Of a stretch of DNA of 64,000 nucleotides, positions 39,419-52,845 are shown one piece after another. Each line of letters starts with the position of its first letter. Position 1 is the first letter of the stretch. Source of the DNA: Mobula birostris (lineage: Eukaryota); contig NC_092382.1 in assembly GCF_030028105.1 (NCBI RefSeq), positions 92,200,295 to 92,264,294 on the forward strand, read 5' to 3'. The notes under the pieces are model-generated. The model was given only the letters and a program-made list of their open reading frames with translations. It made no database searches and had not been told where the DNA came from. Made by a program: the position numbers and the translations under genes.

Positions 39419-39915
39419 ATCTCTCTCTCTCTCTCTCTCTGGTCAGAAAAACTTGGAATAAAACCAACGCTTCTGACTGTAACATGGTAACAGCGAGCTG
39501 TCTTTTGGTCTCCTCACTCGCTGAGGGATGGTCAACATCTCTCTGACCCTTGTTAGTGAGAGAGAGACCCTGTGCGTGTCGATGTGATGGGTTATGGACT
39601 GTAGTTTTTGATGGTCTATAGATCATGCTCTCATTGGGTCTTTGCTATTGCTCACTTCGTGGCTGGTGGTCGCTGATGTTTCCCGGTAGCGCAAGTGGGG
39701 TGGGGAGGGGAGGGAGCTGGGAAGGGTGGATGATTTGCTGCTGCTTGTGCGTGGGAGGGTGGGGGTGCTTTGGGGATTTAACGTTTTTCTGTCATTCATT
39801 CTTTGGGGTTTTCTTCTGTTCAGTAGCTGTCTGTGAAGAGTGAGGATCTCAGGTTGTTCGTTCCGTGTTATTAAATGGATCCATTGAACCTCTGAAGCCT
39901 CGAACCACTGAACGA
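38973..39915 (+). mobile_element. Non-autonomous retroelement with AAGATGGCGGCG head, internal (CT)n and Rex1-like tail
   Basis: Starts GGAGGTAAGATGGCGGCGG. (CT)n at 39379-39440. Ends ATTAAA...TTGAACC repeats. Confidence 0.55.
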
Positions 39916-42900
39916 CCTGGCATGTGACGTGGAAGGCTCGATCCGTGAATTGTCCATGATACAATAATCCTTGCAGCTTTTGATATGTGGAACGGCGACT
40001 TACCCGGCAACGTTCCGGGTGTTTGGGTGAAAAGGGCAAGAAAGGCACTGTGCTATAATGCGGACGAAGATGAGCTGGTACTATTTTGGAGTGTAAAACA
40101 GCTGGACATCAATGGGCGCATCTTGGGGTCTATTAACGAACGGATTGGCCTTTCAAGGTGTCAAAACTGGAGCAGAAGGTGGATGGAAAGGAATCGTGAG
40201 GCAGTTGCGTTATGAAGATTGCCGAGATAAATTCTGTCTGCTTTATGGGGGCTCAGAAAGTTAAGACAGGAACATGACTAAGGAAGATCTATTGTCGAGA
40301 ATCAGAACCAACTTTACTCGCCGTAAATATAGAAATGTATTGGGAATTTGTTGTGCTACTTTGGAGCGACTTGCAACAAAAACCGCATTCAATGATTTGA
40401 TAGAACAAAAAATAATTACGGTTAAAATATGCACATGGAATAAAATGCACACTAATAAATAAATACCATCTGGCAACATTATGAGGAGTATGGCTGAAAT
40501 AAATTTCTGGATTTTTTTTCCTCGTACGAAGGGTTTGTGCAATTTGAGTGTATTGATTCAGAATAGAGAGAGAGAGAGAGAGAGAGAGATATTCAGGGAA
40601 TAAATCAAGTGATAATACTTTACACAGAGATTGGCAAGTACCTGGACCTTTGGAATTTACAGGCTGAGGGAACAGTGTAAGCTGGGTCGTGACGCCTTTT
40701 AAACAAACTTTCAGGTGAGGAACTGAAGACCTTAGTCATAGAGGCTATAGGCGATGGCATTAAAACCAAGTGAATACTTTTCAACAGCATTCACAAACGA
40801 AACTGAATTTGGAGTTGGAGAATTCACTGAGAGGACTGGGGAGTGCCTTGGTCTCAAGTCATGTCAAGTCGCTTTTATTGTCATTTCAACCACAACTGCT
40901 GGTACAGTACACAGTAGAAACGAAAAAGCTTTCCTCTAGGACCATGGTGCTACATGAAACAATACTAAACTTCACTCGACTACGTGAAACAATACATTAG
41001 ACTTCAGACTTAAACGGGACAACATAAAGTTAAAAAAACAGCGAAAGACAGCACAATAATTAATGAACAAGACAATAGGCACAGTAAAGGACACATTACA
41101 ATATAATAATAAATGATGTAAATGTAAATGTAAACAATGTAAACAATGTTTTAGCAAGAATTGAGAAAGAAATGAGCAGAAATTGCAAAGGGAGTGGAGT
41201 GATGTTCAGTTGAGTGTGAGAGAGAGAGTGTGTGTGTGTGTGTGTGTGTGTGTAGGTTGGTGTCAGACTAGACTCTAGCAATTGAATCTTCACATCTCCC
41301 TCCTCTATGCTGTTTCGTCACCATCTTTGATTCACAACAGCAAACTGGAATGTGGCATTGGATCTATGCTTAGACACATAGTCATGTGTAAAGCGAGTAG
41401 AGCAGAGGTGTAAGCACGCAGCCTTGTGGTGCTCCTGTGCTGAGGGAGATTGTGGGGGAGATGTTGCTCCCTATCCCAAATGACTGGGGTCTGCAAGTGA
41501 GGCAATCGAGGATCTAATTGGACACGAAGATATTGTGACATCGTTTAGCATCTGCGTGAATTTGCACGTTCATCACGGGATGGGATAAGATTCCCTGCTC
41601 TTTAATTCCCCCGTCCTGTAAAGAAACATGCGGCTTGGACGGGGACCGTAAGTTATCCCGAATCTGTAGAAATGGCACAAAGGTGATTTTTCTTTGGAAC
41701 TGTGGAGAGAGTACCATGGATTAGGGTCGGGTAAATGTATAAATGGAAGCTTAAAGGACAGCCTGTACTCGGTGGTCAGAGTGTGTGATTCCGTGCTGGA
41801 TCTCTCTATGAGTCTGTGACAGAGCGAATGTCTTGTCGAACTTGGAAAATCCTATCTAACGGCGTTGACTACAACGTGGATTTATTTCACATAACGGGGC
41901 TACGCATTTGTTTACCTCACTTATTTTATCATAATTTATGAAAGATATTAAAAACATCACAAAGCTGACTGCCATCAAAACCGGAAGTGCTGCTGCAGTA
42001 TTTTGTCCCCAGTGGCTGGGAAGTAGAGGTAAAATAGAACACGCAGTTTTTGGCTCGTACTTTACCCCTCCCTTTGCTCTCAACAGCATTTTCATTTTCA
42101 ATCAACCACTTCCTTGCAATTTATTCGTCTGTACTCCCCACTCACATGGTCGTCGCTCCGCAGCTGGGAACGTGAAACACACGTAGATTGGAACACAGAG
42201 CAGTTTATTTAATTTAGCATTCGTGACCCAGAACATGCTGTCGCTGGGTACTTCATTTCCCTCTCCCACGCATCCATTCCGTCCCACCCCTCCAGCAATT
42301 ATTTCAATCATTAACTAATTCATCTGGAAGAAAACTCTGCTCCCGAATTGCACCGTGTTGAGTTAGGGAGCTGATAGCGATTAACTTTTTTTTCGAAGTT
42401 TGGCTATTTCGAAGTTTCGAAGTTTCATCGCAACTGTGGTTCGTGCTGAGGATCAGAGCAAAACTGGCAATGGGAATCGATATGATCATCTCACTGCGTA
42501 ATTTATTTACACAGGATGTGGGAATTTTAACAGTGGCCATGGGGGCATCTGGCTACATACAATCGAGAAAATGGTCATTTATCAACCATTTCCATCGTTC
42601 CTATTCAAACCAAGCCCATTTCCCAGCCCATGGTCCGTAACCTTGTATGTATTGGTTTTCCAAATCTTGCTATAAACAGTCTTGACAGGTTGGGAAAAAC
42701 TCTAAACCCATCCTTCTCAAGCAGTACAATCCGGGCTCCAACAGTTGGAAGAAAACCACTCTTACTCTCCGGATGAATTATCCCCGAACGTAAACCTAAG
42801 CTTCCTAATTATAGTCTTCTGTGACATCTGCCTTTCCTGTACTTCTCATTACCTTGCATACATCTACCAGGTCAGTGTTAGCAGACACTATTGCAAGCAG

Positions 42901-43289
42901 GACAAGCTGAATCTCTGCCATCCTTCCTGATCGTGAGTCACAACATCCCAAACAATATCCCGGTGAATGTCAGCGACATTGCATTCGATAGATGTCTCCA
43001 TTGATGTCAGGGATCAAAATAAAGGAATAAACCGATACTTGTCCAAACTATGACATTCAGATCATTCTGTGGAGTGAATCGACACTATAAAATGATGGGG
43101 ACAGAAAAATTTAAAAAAAAATTAGAAGAAAAATCTTCCTGGGTATCAGAATCAAGGTGATATACAAATCCACTGTAAAATGGTTAATCGAACTGCGATT
43201 AGTGTAGCTGTGAGCAACCACTGACAGCTCCTGCAAACTGGATTCGATCCAGATCACTGGTACAGGTTCTCACTGCTGGGAGCAGAAAG

Positions 43290-43732
43290 ACCTGACGAAC
43301 ACTGGAGTTCAGTTCTTCGCCCAACTCACGAAGCTTAGCAGATTGGTAGCAAATTGGACACTGAAAAAAAAAGATCTCCTCTGGTGTGTCGAATGGAGGT
43401 TTTCTCCAGTGGTTGTACAACGAGTAGTTAAACCTGTCCAACACATCATTGGCATCAGTCTACCCGCCATCGAGTACATACATACAGAAAGGTGCCGGTA
43501 AAAATGCTGGTAATATCTTGAACGATGACACCCGCCCTTTCTGTAGACTGTTTTTTCCCACTCTCCTCGGCACAGAGGCTACACACCATCCACACCACGG
43601 CCACCGGACTCAAAAACAGTTGATTTCTCCAAACCGTCAGACTGATCAACACCTTCACACATTAACCCACCCCATCGCACTCGAAGACTTCTACATACAA
43701 ATAGCACAGCGTCACCGTATGTACATGCAATC
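43290..43732 (+). mobile_element. Rex1/Babar-type LINE 3' fragment at the truncation point of GPCR pseudogene 3
   Basis: Decayed QHIIGISLPAIE..YTERC..AGNILND peptide directly abutting the broken exon 2. Confidence 0.65.
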
Positions 43733-43734
43733 CT

Positions 43735-46699
43735 TCTATGCTTATGTATAAAATAGTAAGAAACGTTTTTAAAGCAGATCAGTACACAGGTAATCATCAG
43801 AACCAGAGCCGCAGTTTTCCCGGTGCAATATTTTGTTTTCAGTTTCTGGCGACAAATGGCGACAAATCGATCAAACGTGAAGGTAACGGTGAACCAAACG
43901 GAACAGTCTTTGGTACACACAGCAGTACAAAGATAATGCTACACAATGGGTAGATGTCCAAGAAGGATCCTGGGAAATAAAAACTAATCCTCCTCAGTAT
44001 AACGGCAGTGCTCACAGCCATGAGGTCCACCGTTGCCATGGCCACCAGGTAGCGAGTTGTGCAGGTGGAAAGGCCACATATTCCCCGGGACAGGATCCCA
44101 ATCGCCACTAAATTCACTGCAAAAACAGAGAAGAGAAATAACATCGAGAAAACTCAGAGCAGCAGATTTCTGTGCTCGGTGTATATTGCCCTCTACTGGA
44201 GGATGTCGGAAGGTTTAACAAGTGATAATGTCCATCATTCTCCCTTCCAAACATCCAACTCCCCGTGTGCAACCGAGACAAAGTGCTGGCATCAGCTGAA
44301 AGCGAAACTCAACTTGTTATGTCAGAACCAAGATACAGGTCCACCTATTGCAGCAGTAACAGGGAATATGCGGGGAAATCAAGTCCAAAACACACCAGGG
44401 CTGTGAGGGATTTGAGTCCCAAGTTTATTCAGAAGGCCCAAGTTTATTCAGAAGGTTCAAAAAAACGGCGGAGTCGATCCCAGCGCAAGATTTCAGTTGT
44501 AATATTTAACAGAGGTTTGGATCGGTGTGAAAACGATAGGAATGGTTTTGAAGAACATCTATTGGTGCAGGTAAATTGGATTAGGTTTAAAATCATGTCG
44601 GCATAGACTGAATGGAAAGAAAGTTTACTTCTGTGCCGAAATACTCTAATAATCTGAAAAGGAGAAACAATATCTTCTGGTTCAGTTCCGCCTTTTATTA
44701 TTTTAAAGATATTTCTGGAAGACACCACAATACCAGAGATGGAAATATAAATTCCTGTTCCAACCATAAACTCACAAAATTGGAAAGAGAGACCAAGAAA
44801 ACTGTTCAAACGCCATCTGAATTTATTAAGTAAATGGTCAAACCCATGGAAGTTATAAGGAAAAAATGGTTCAGATTGTCCTACGTGTCCCTGACAGCAC
44901 CGCCGGAGAATCAGATTCAATTCTAAACTCGGTGACTGTCTGTGTGGAGTTTGCACGTTCTAACTCTGACCACACGGGTCCCTCCTGGGTGCGCCGCTTT
45001 GATCACATATCAGGAAGTGATGCGTGCTGCTCGGCCAATTAGACGCTGCAAATTGCTTCAGGTGTACATGTGGATGATGTAGTCTGAACCGAACTGAACA
45101 AATGTGGAGAGAATAAGAGATTGATATTGTATTAGTGTAAATGGGTGTCTGATAGGCAGTGGGGACTCGATAGTCTGAAGTGCCTCCTTTCGTTCCGTAA
45201 GTCTCGATGATTCAGTGGCTCTAAGAGCCAGGAAGTCATGGCGGAACGCTTTGACTAATAGATCTGCATTGTCTGATGCATCTGCTATCAGATTTCAGGC
45301 TCCGCTCTCTAAGAAACCCGTGAATATCTCAGAAATGTGCGAAAAAATCGATTGGAATGATCCCCGAGAAGATGATGTGTTGCGTGGACAGCCTGGAGTC
45401 GTTCTGAGGGGATCTGATGACCAAATAAACTAGACAGAGAGTAAATTTGCCAATGACAGGAACGTCACGAACCGGGACCCAGAATACGAAAATGACCAGC
45501 AAAGTAAAGACTGAAATGACAAGTGGGAAATAAGTTTACTGGTCTGGATGGGACGGCTGGGCCAGCAGGGAATCCCCATTCCATTCATACAATTGGAATA
45601 TCGAAGCGCACAAAACACGGGCTTTTTAAGCCCACCTCGGTGATGTAAATGCAACTATCTATCTTCACAAATCCCCTTGGCCTGAATTGGTAAGCTAAAA
45701 TTTAAATACATGTGTTCATGAGAATTCCTTCACTCACGGTCACGCTATTGAGTTGCGTGCATAGGTCAGTACAGTGGTGGGACCCCAAATAATAGTTAAG
45801 GAATATTTGGCGCAAACGTGAATTAATTTTAACAATCAATGGACTTTTAACAATCTATAAACATACAGCAGTATTTCACAGACTGTAAGAGTGACGTCAC
45901 TGACCAATGAGTACTGGGAACATTTGCTGGGACAATTGAATTAGTTACTCACACAGTAAAGACCATTTGCCCGGTTGTAAACATGAGCAGCTGATCACTC
46001 TCAGTAACTCCAGAGCAATCGATTCTGTGGGTTTCAAACAGAAGAAGGTTAACACTTTCGCTGTGTTTCACCAGTTAAAAAGCTTATTTAGCCAACAGCA
46101 GCAGAGGAAAAAGAGAGACATAGTATCACCAAAAGCCAAATAAAATAGGAATTACTTGGATCATTTGCGATACGCAACTATTTTAAAGCATTTGTTTGCA
46201 TCCTTCAATACAGTCGCCAAAACTTCAACAACATGGATTTTATCTGCGAATTATGACTATTTATTATCAGGCAGTAACCGGGCTACTTGTCAACTTCTTC
46301 GCCGGATGTCTCTCTGTGGTTCTACAATCTGACCTTCCAATAAACTTTAAACGCTCAGAAAAAAAACAGTAGTTCCAGTATTATTATTATTATTATTTCC
46401 TTTTATGGTTGTTGTTATTACTTATCGCTATTACCATTAGAACTAGTATAATTATCATTACTAGTGCCATACATTGAGGATGTAGGATCGTGGAAACGAT
46501 ATCACTGTTCCACTCTTGGCTCAAGCAAAACCATAGCATCAGCAGGCAAACATTTTTAGCTATAGATCAAACTGGGAGACAATCTAGAGTGTAAAATTAC
46601 ATAATCAACAAAATAAATTTATAGGTGCTTACCAGGGACACCAACATTTGCAATTATGATATAATATACTTTCCTGATACTGTAGAATGTCTCCAGCAT
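43735..46699 (-). pseudogene. GPR139-like GPCR pseudogene 3: exon 1 46699-46633 (MLETFYSIRKVYYIIIANVGVP-), exon 2 44116-~43735
   Basis: GTAAGC donor and TTTTTGCAG acceptor intact. Exon 2 begins VNLVAIGILSRGICGLSTCTTRYLVAMATVDL. A 1-nt deletion near 43915 shifts the frame before KDCSVWF. Homology stops after TM4 and I could not find TM5-7. Confidence 0.88.
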
Positions 46700-47716
46700 G
46701 TTCTAACGTGATGGATCTGTTCCGTTGATTTACAAGCAACGACACTGAGGTATTTGTTCCGGCTGTCTTTAGTATACATCTCCACATCTCCACAGGGACA
46801 ATAAGGTTACATCATCATTCAGATTCACAATTGTTTTAATTAAATCTGGCGTCGATATGTTTGAAACTGTTTGGATGTACTTATCTATGAATACCCCAGA
46901 GTACCGACAATTCTAAACAAGTTAATCAAAGATTAAGGCGAATTTCTTTCAATCAAAGATGAGGCTCATCATTAAAGCAGGCTGGTGTCAATCAACAGAT
47001 CCCGTATTATTTCACTGTGGGCGTTTGCTCAGTTGTGGCCGATAGTCAGTACTATTTGCTACAGTCAACTCTAATTCTATTAATACCAAATGTGACCCTC
47101 TTTAACTGACAGATTTCAAATTAAAAACTTTATTTGATCTCAAACATGAAACACCTATATTGACCATAGCTTGAAAGATTGATAGATGTCCTCAATTTTA
47201 CTGAAACTACACGGTTAATAATGTTCCAATTGTTAAAAAAATACCAATAATTTATTCCAGTATCAAACTTTCGATATAAACTTCAAATAAAATTGATTTT
47301 AAAGCCGCACAATAATACGAAATGTCAACTTAGTTCCGAAAAACACTTCTAAGAATGTGAACTTCTAAATGGTTTACTTAACTAAACACTTCTATTAATA
47401 CTGTGCCGTAAATCACATCAAACATTTTACTACATGGTTAGGTAGATTTTTGAAACAATACTGTCCTCAGTCAGTACATTACCTTAAATAATTCTGCTCA
47501 TCAAACTGATGACGGACTTTGTACCAAACATGCTCGGGACTCAAATCAACTGCACTCCACTGGAACACTCGTTTATATACGACTGGCAACTTTACAGCGG
47601 CCAGTTTATCCACCAACCCATATTTTTTTGGAGAGTGGAAGGATACCGGAATTCCCATTGGAAAACTGATAGACACCAGAAATGTCACCCACCCCGCGAG
47701 TCTCTCTGAAATAGCT

Positions 47717-48066
47717 CTGAAGCTGCACACTCTGTACTATCCATGGTCCTGAAGCTGCACACTCTGTACTATCCATGGTGCTGAAGCTGCACACTCTGCA
47801 CTATCCATGGTCCTGAAGCTGCACCCTCTGCACTATCCATGGTGCTGAAGCTGCGCACTCTGTACTATCCATGGTCCTGAAGCTGCCTACTCTGTACTAT
47901 CCATGGTGCTGAAGCTGCGCATTCTGCACTATCCATGGTGCTGAAGCTGCACCCTCTGCACTATCTATGGACCTGAAGCTGAACAATCTGCACTGTCCAC
48001 GATCATAAATCTGCACATTTTGCACTGTCCATGGTCCTGAAGCTACATACTCTCTGCACTATCCAG
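47717..48066. repeat. 32-bp minisatellite (CTGAAGCTGCACACTCTGTACTATCCATGGTC/G), about 11 copies
   Basis: Tandem units with alternating GGTC/GGTG variants, decaying to the right. Confidence 0.92.
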
Positions 48067-48130
48067 TCCTTTCCGACTCTAGGGTAGGCCGCTATGACAT
48101 ATATCACTGTCAATCTTTAACATGCGAACC

Positions 48131-48651
48131 TGCTAAGGATCCGGCCTGAACACTGGGTCGAAGAGCCTCTGCTGGTAGCCCCGGATCACGACAGTCTTTA
48201 GTTTCTGTTTTATTTCACCTGGCCGTGTGGGTTCTGGCCCAGCCCCTTTACTTTTTTGGACTTCCTCCAATTGCCTGCTTGTCTCCTCATTTGCGCCCAC
48301 TTGTTCCTAATTTTTCACTCATTACCCTGGCCATTTAAACCCCGCCTTGACTAGCATTCTCTGCCAGTTCGTCCCAGTTCTGACCTGTGTCGTTCTAGTC
48401 TGTCATTGCGACTTCTGCCAACCGATTTTGCTCGTTCCTGTGTTTTGGATTTTGCCTGTTCCTGGACCTGATTTTTTTCCTATGCGCTCTGGATTGTCTG
48501 CTCATGCCTGACTGCCTTCCCTGGTAAGATCTCAGCCTGCCATTTCGGATTCGTGCCTACCTTCTGTTTTTGAAAGACTGTTGCCTTTGTGCTCCCTCAT
48601 AAACCCTGGAGTATTCGTTGGTGTACACTTGAGTCCTGCCGAAACCCGACA
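48131..48651 (+). mobile_element. Solo LTR with perfect 5-bp TSD
   Basis: TG...CA termini. GAACC at 48126-48130 and 48652-48656. Internal ATTTAAA and CATAAA signals. Confidence 0.82.
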
Positions 48652-49330
48652 GAACCTCTTTCCAGTGTTCAAGTTCTAATACTGAATTCTAATTAAGCTA
48701 CAAGCATTTCCCTCTGCCCTGCATGATTTTTTTCTGCGTTATGAGAGAATAATGTCTGTCTACTTAGCTATCTATCTGTCTGTCTGTCGGTCTGTCTTTC
48801 TCTGCATAATGTCCATATTTACCCGACAATCGGATGTTCGAAGCAATAACACAGCAATTCTGGCTTTGCAGTACGAGAAGTATCTCGTTGTCTTACTGAC
48901 TCTTCCGCCCTCCCTGCTGCTTCAGTTTTACGTCAGCTGATACACGACGGATACAGGCACGTCAGCCAACCGAGCCCATCAAACCTACTCTTAGACTAAT
49001 CAAACACAGATCACATTCTTACTTTGCCACTCATTCCCTTTGTATTTTCCAGAAGTAAAGACGAAACATTGCACTGTCGTTTTGCCAACAATCAGTGTTG
49101 TGCTTTGTTTATTAAAAAACACTACCCTTCTCTTTAATCTGTGGGCCTAGAATACTTAAAGGTAAACCCATAGGCTACGGGTACAGTTCAGTAACGGGGA
49201 GAGTGAAATTGAGTGAAGTTATCCCCTCTGGTTTAAGAGCCTGATAACTGAGGGTATTAACTTCCGGTACTTGGTGGTGTGGGTCCTGATAACGGTAGCG
49301 ACCAAAGCACATGTCCTGGGTGGTGGGGGT

Positions 49331-49560
49331 CCTGAAGGCGGTTACGAGAAATGTACACGGTCTGGGTGGTGGAGGTCCTGAAGGCAGTTACGAGAAATGT
49401 ACACGGTCTGGGTGGTGGAGGTCCTGAAGGCGGTTACGAGAAATGTACACGGTCTGGGTGGTGGGGGTCCTGAAGGCAGTTACGAGAAATGTACACGGTC
49501 TGGGTGGTGGAGGTCCTGAAGGCGGTTACGAGAAATATACACGGTCTGGGTGGTGGGGGT
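49331..49560. repeat. 46-bp minisatellite, 5 copies, inside a Rex1-like LINE remnant
   Basis: Unit CCTGAAGGCGGTTACGAGAAATGTACACGGTCTGGGTGGTGGAGGT. The minus strand reads the LINE-like QDPHHP. Confidence 0.9.
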
Positions 49561-49954
49561 CCTTGATGATTGACGTTGCTTCCCTGTGTCAGTGCTCTGT
49601 GTAGAAAATGGGGTAGCAACAACCAGACAGAATGTGCCAATGCAATCTCACCAATCACTTCCCCAAGTGCAGTGTAAGTTAGACTGTATAACGTCCTAAC
49701 TTTAATATTTAATACTCTGACTGATGAAACGTCTTCATCACCGTTCTGCCTTTATCTGAAGCTACTCTAGGCGAACTTTGTCCTTGTGTTTTTAGTTACC
49801 TCCGCTCTGTAACACTTCCTCGTTTCGCGCCACACACTGTGCACGTTTCTCTTCCCAATATGAAACACTCCTCACCGATCCGAACTGAACCTCACTTGTG
49901 ATGCTTCGGTCCACTTAGCAACTGATCCAACTGATTAACACGATGTTTTCGCTC

Positions 49955-50090
49955 ACGGAACAGCCACTCGCTGGATTTTTTTTTTGTTTGTTTTTGGCAC
50001 CATTCTTTCTAAACTCCAGTCTGTTGTGCGTAAAAATCCCAGGAGATCAGCAGTTTCTGAGATACTCAAAGCACCCTGGGCGGCACCTGA
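49955..50090. mobile_element. Tc1-like non-autonomous element fragment
   Basis: AAAATCCCAGGAGATCAGCAGTTTCTGAGATACTCAAA, recognised from fish Tc1-derived repeats by recall; not searched. Confidence 0.5.
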
Positions 50091-51005
50091 TTAATTAGCT
50101 TGTTTATTTCGGCTTTTTTTCTTAAAGAGGTGTCGGATGCGCTCCAGAGCGCTCCGGCTCCGTCTGCACCCCTGGTGTTGGTGGTATCGCCCATCAGTAC
50201 AATCAACCATTTTTATTCGGAAGTAGTAAAAAATGAGCGACATCTTATCAAATAAAAATAATTTTGAATTATTGCTTTCAAACTCCGATAGGAAAACGAG
50301 ACCCATAGCAATTGCTAAGAACAACAGCGGCGGAATTTCAGTTGCGGGAAGAGGGAATAAAGCTCCATAGATCTTGGTGCGTATTCTGAATTATTATGAT
50401 TCAATAAATATTTTATTATACAAAAATATATAGTAATGTGATAATTACCGCGCGGGAAGATGATCGAGAAGGAATGTTGTGGATCAAAAAGGAGGACGGA
50501 GATGCGCAGAGGGAAACGGGACAAGGTCTGCACTGGTGGAGAGGCCGGAAGATTTTGTGTGTGCACAGGCGGTGCCGGCTAACGTGGGTTGTTAAAGGCC
50601 GACGAAGGACGCGCCATGTCCTGGGCAGTTGCAGTGGGTGAATATGGGGTTTAATGCTTTCTGGGTAATTACAACCCATTCTAAATTCACTACACTGTCA
50701 CGGAGACACTGAGCGCTACAACACAGAAGCCGGACCCGAGCGCATTCAGTCTGGGCTGAAATATTATTCAGCCTCGTTCCATCGAGCTGCACCCGGACAG
50801 CAGCGCTCCATACCCCGTCCACCCGTGTACTTACCCAAATCTCTCTGAAATGTTCAAATCGAATCGGCACCCATCCCTTCCGCTGGCAGTTCGATTCAGG
50901 CTCTCTGCATCCTCTGGGTGAAGACATTCCGCCAGTTGGTTTGGCTGGGAAAATTTACATTTCATCGGATGGATGTGAATGTGCTGATGGAGAATCAGTC
51001 TGCGA

Positions 51006-51309
51006 NNNNNNNNNNNNNNNNNNNNNNNNNNNNNNNNNNNNNNNNNNNNNNNNNNNNNNNNNNNNNNNNNNNNNNNNNNNNNNNNNNNNNNNNNNNNNNN
51101 NNNNNNNNNNNNNNNNNNNNNNNNNNNNNNNNNNNNNNNNNNNNNNNNNNNNNNNNNNNNNNNNNNNNNNNNNNNNNNNNNNNNNNNNNNNNNNNNNNNN
51201 NNNNNNNNNNNNNNNNNNNNNNNNNNNNNNNNNNNNNNNNNNNNNNNNNNNNNNNNNNNNNNNNNNNNNNNNNNNNNNNNNNNNNNNNNNNNNNNNNNNN
51301 NNNNNNNNN
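51006..51309. other. Assembly gap (N run)
   Basis: Run of N. Confidence 1.
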
Positions 51310-51581
51310 CCAAACCATTTACAACGTTTTGGATTCCATGAATTGCATCGGAAAAATCAAGAGAATTATCTTCCGCTGAACTATCGCAAGCCTCAAACTG
51401 GTCTGGCAGGGTCTGGCACCCAGGCGTGTCGTGCAGGAAGAAGATATTTAAGGCAAATTGAAGAAGTGAAAGTGAGCGAGTTCGGGAGATCGCAGAGGCA
51501 GGGGCAGAACAAGGAGAGAAAGGGTCTGATTGGCGAAGCTGTATTTATTTTAATGCAATGAGTGCCGGATACGGCAGATGG

Positions 51582-52460
51582 TGTTGCAATGGGCGGCTGG
51601 TGCGACTAGAGGCGGACCCAAGTGCAGGAGACAGGCACAGAAGACAGGCTTGGACTCGACTTGAAACTTGGAACCAGGACCTGGACTTGACTCGGAACTC
51701 GGAACCAGGACGTGGACTTGACTCGGAACTCGGAACCAGGACCTGGACTTGACTCGGATCTCGGAACCATGACCTGTATTTGACTAGAAACTCGGAACCA
51801 GGACGTGGACTTGACTTGGAACTCGTAACTAGGACCTGGACTTGACTTCGATCTCCTGCGCTTCACCTGGAACACGGCGGCGACAACATCAAAACAGTGA
51901 TGGACAATTTATATCTTGGCTTGGAGGAGCGGCAAATGGTCAGCAATTCTCAGCTAGACACGAAGAGACAGAATTCGTAACTCGGAGTAGCGGCACATGG
52001 CCGGAACTACTCAGCTGGAAAAAAGTCGATAGAAAAGAAACAATAATGACAGTCCATTAGTATCTAGACACGGAGAAGCTCATGAAGACGGTCCCTTATT
52101 CTTGGCCGCTCGGAGTGGCGACAATCGGCCAGCAAATCCCAGCCGAACATGAAAACGATAGAACTCGCATCCTAGCTCGGAGTGGCGGCAAAACGGCCGG
52201 CGACTCAGCTGGACACGAAATCGACTGAATTCACGAAGCAGCCACAGGCACCAAAGCAACCAGAGCCCACAATTCTAGGCTGCCGCGGGACGAGCATAGC
52301 CACACCGGCTATGGTGACGAACCAGCAGCGAGTAGCTGAAAGCCGGAGTTTTTATGCTGCTGGTTCGAATGAGGATCAGGTGCCCTAATCAAGGAGCCCA
52401 GTGGAACACAGGGAAAAGGAAATTAACTGAAATGAGTAGTGAACGGACCGGACCACGACA
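51582..52460 (-). mobile_element. Solo LTR related to 26888-28438, with an internal 31-bp tandem repeat
   Basis: TGTTG...ACGGACCGGACCACGACA. Shares GCGGACCCAAxTGCA and the terminal sequence with the 26888 element. Flanks GATGG/CATGG. Confidence 0.72.
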
Positions 52461-52845
52461 CATGGATCGGAACACGGACTGGGATATCAGAGTGAGGGAT
52501 ATGGCAGATGGATTCAGGCCATAGATCGGAATACGGGACTGGGATATCGGAGTGACGGATATGCCAGATGGATTCAGGCCATGGATCAGAACACGGGACT
52601 GGGATATCGGACTGACGGACACGGCAGATGGATTCAGGCAATGGATCAGAACACGGAACTGGGATATCAGAGTGAAGGATACTGGAAATGGGTTAAGGCC
52701 ATAGATCGGAACACGGACTGGGATATCAGAGTGATGGATACGGCAGATGGATTCAGGCCATAGATCGGAACACGGACTGGGATATCAGAGTGATGGATAC
52801 GGCAGATGGATTCAGGCCATAGATCGGAACACGGGACTGGGATGT
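52461..52845. repeat. 57-58-bp minisatellite, about 6.5 copies
   Basis: Unit CATAGATCGGAACACGGACTGGGATATCAGAGTGATGGATACGGCAGATGGATTCAGGC. A partial unit at 51567-51581 lies on the far side of the LTR. Confidence 0.92.

Noticed and set aside
50830-51005. Possible minus-strand exon ending in a GTAAGT donor
   Set aside because: No recognisable peptide, and the upstream part is lost in the gap.
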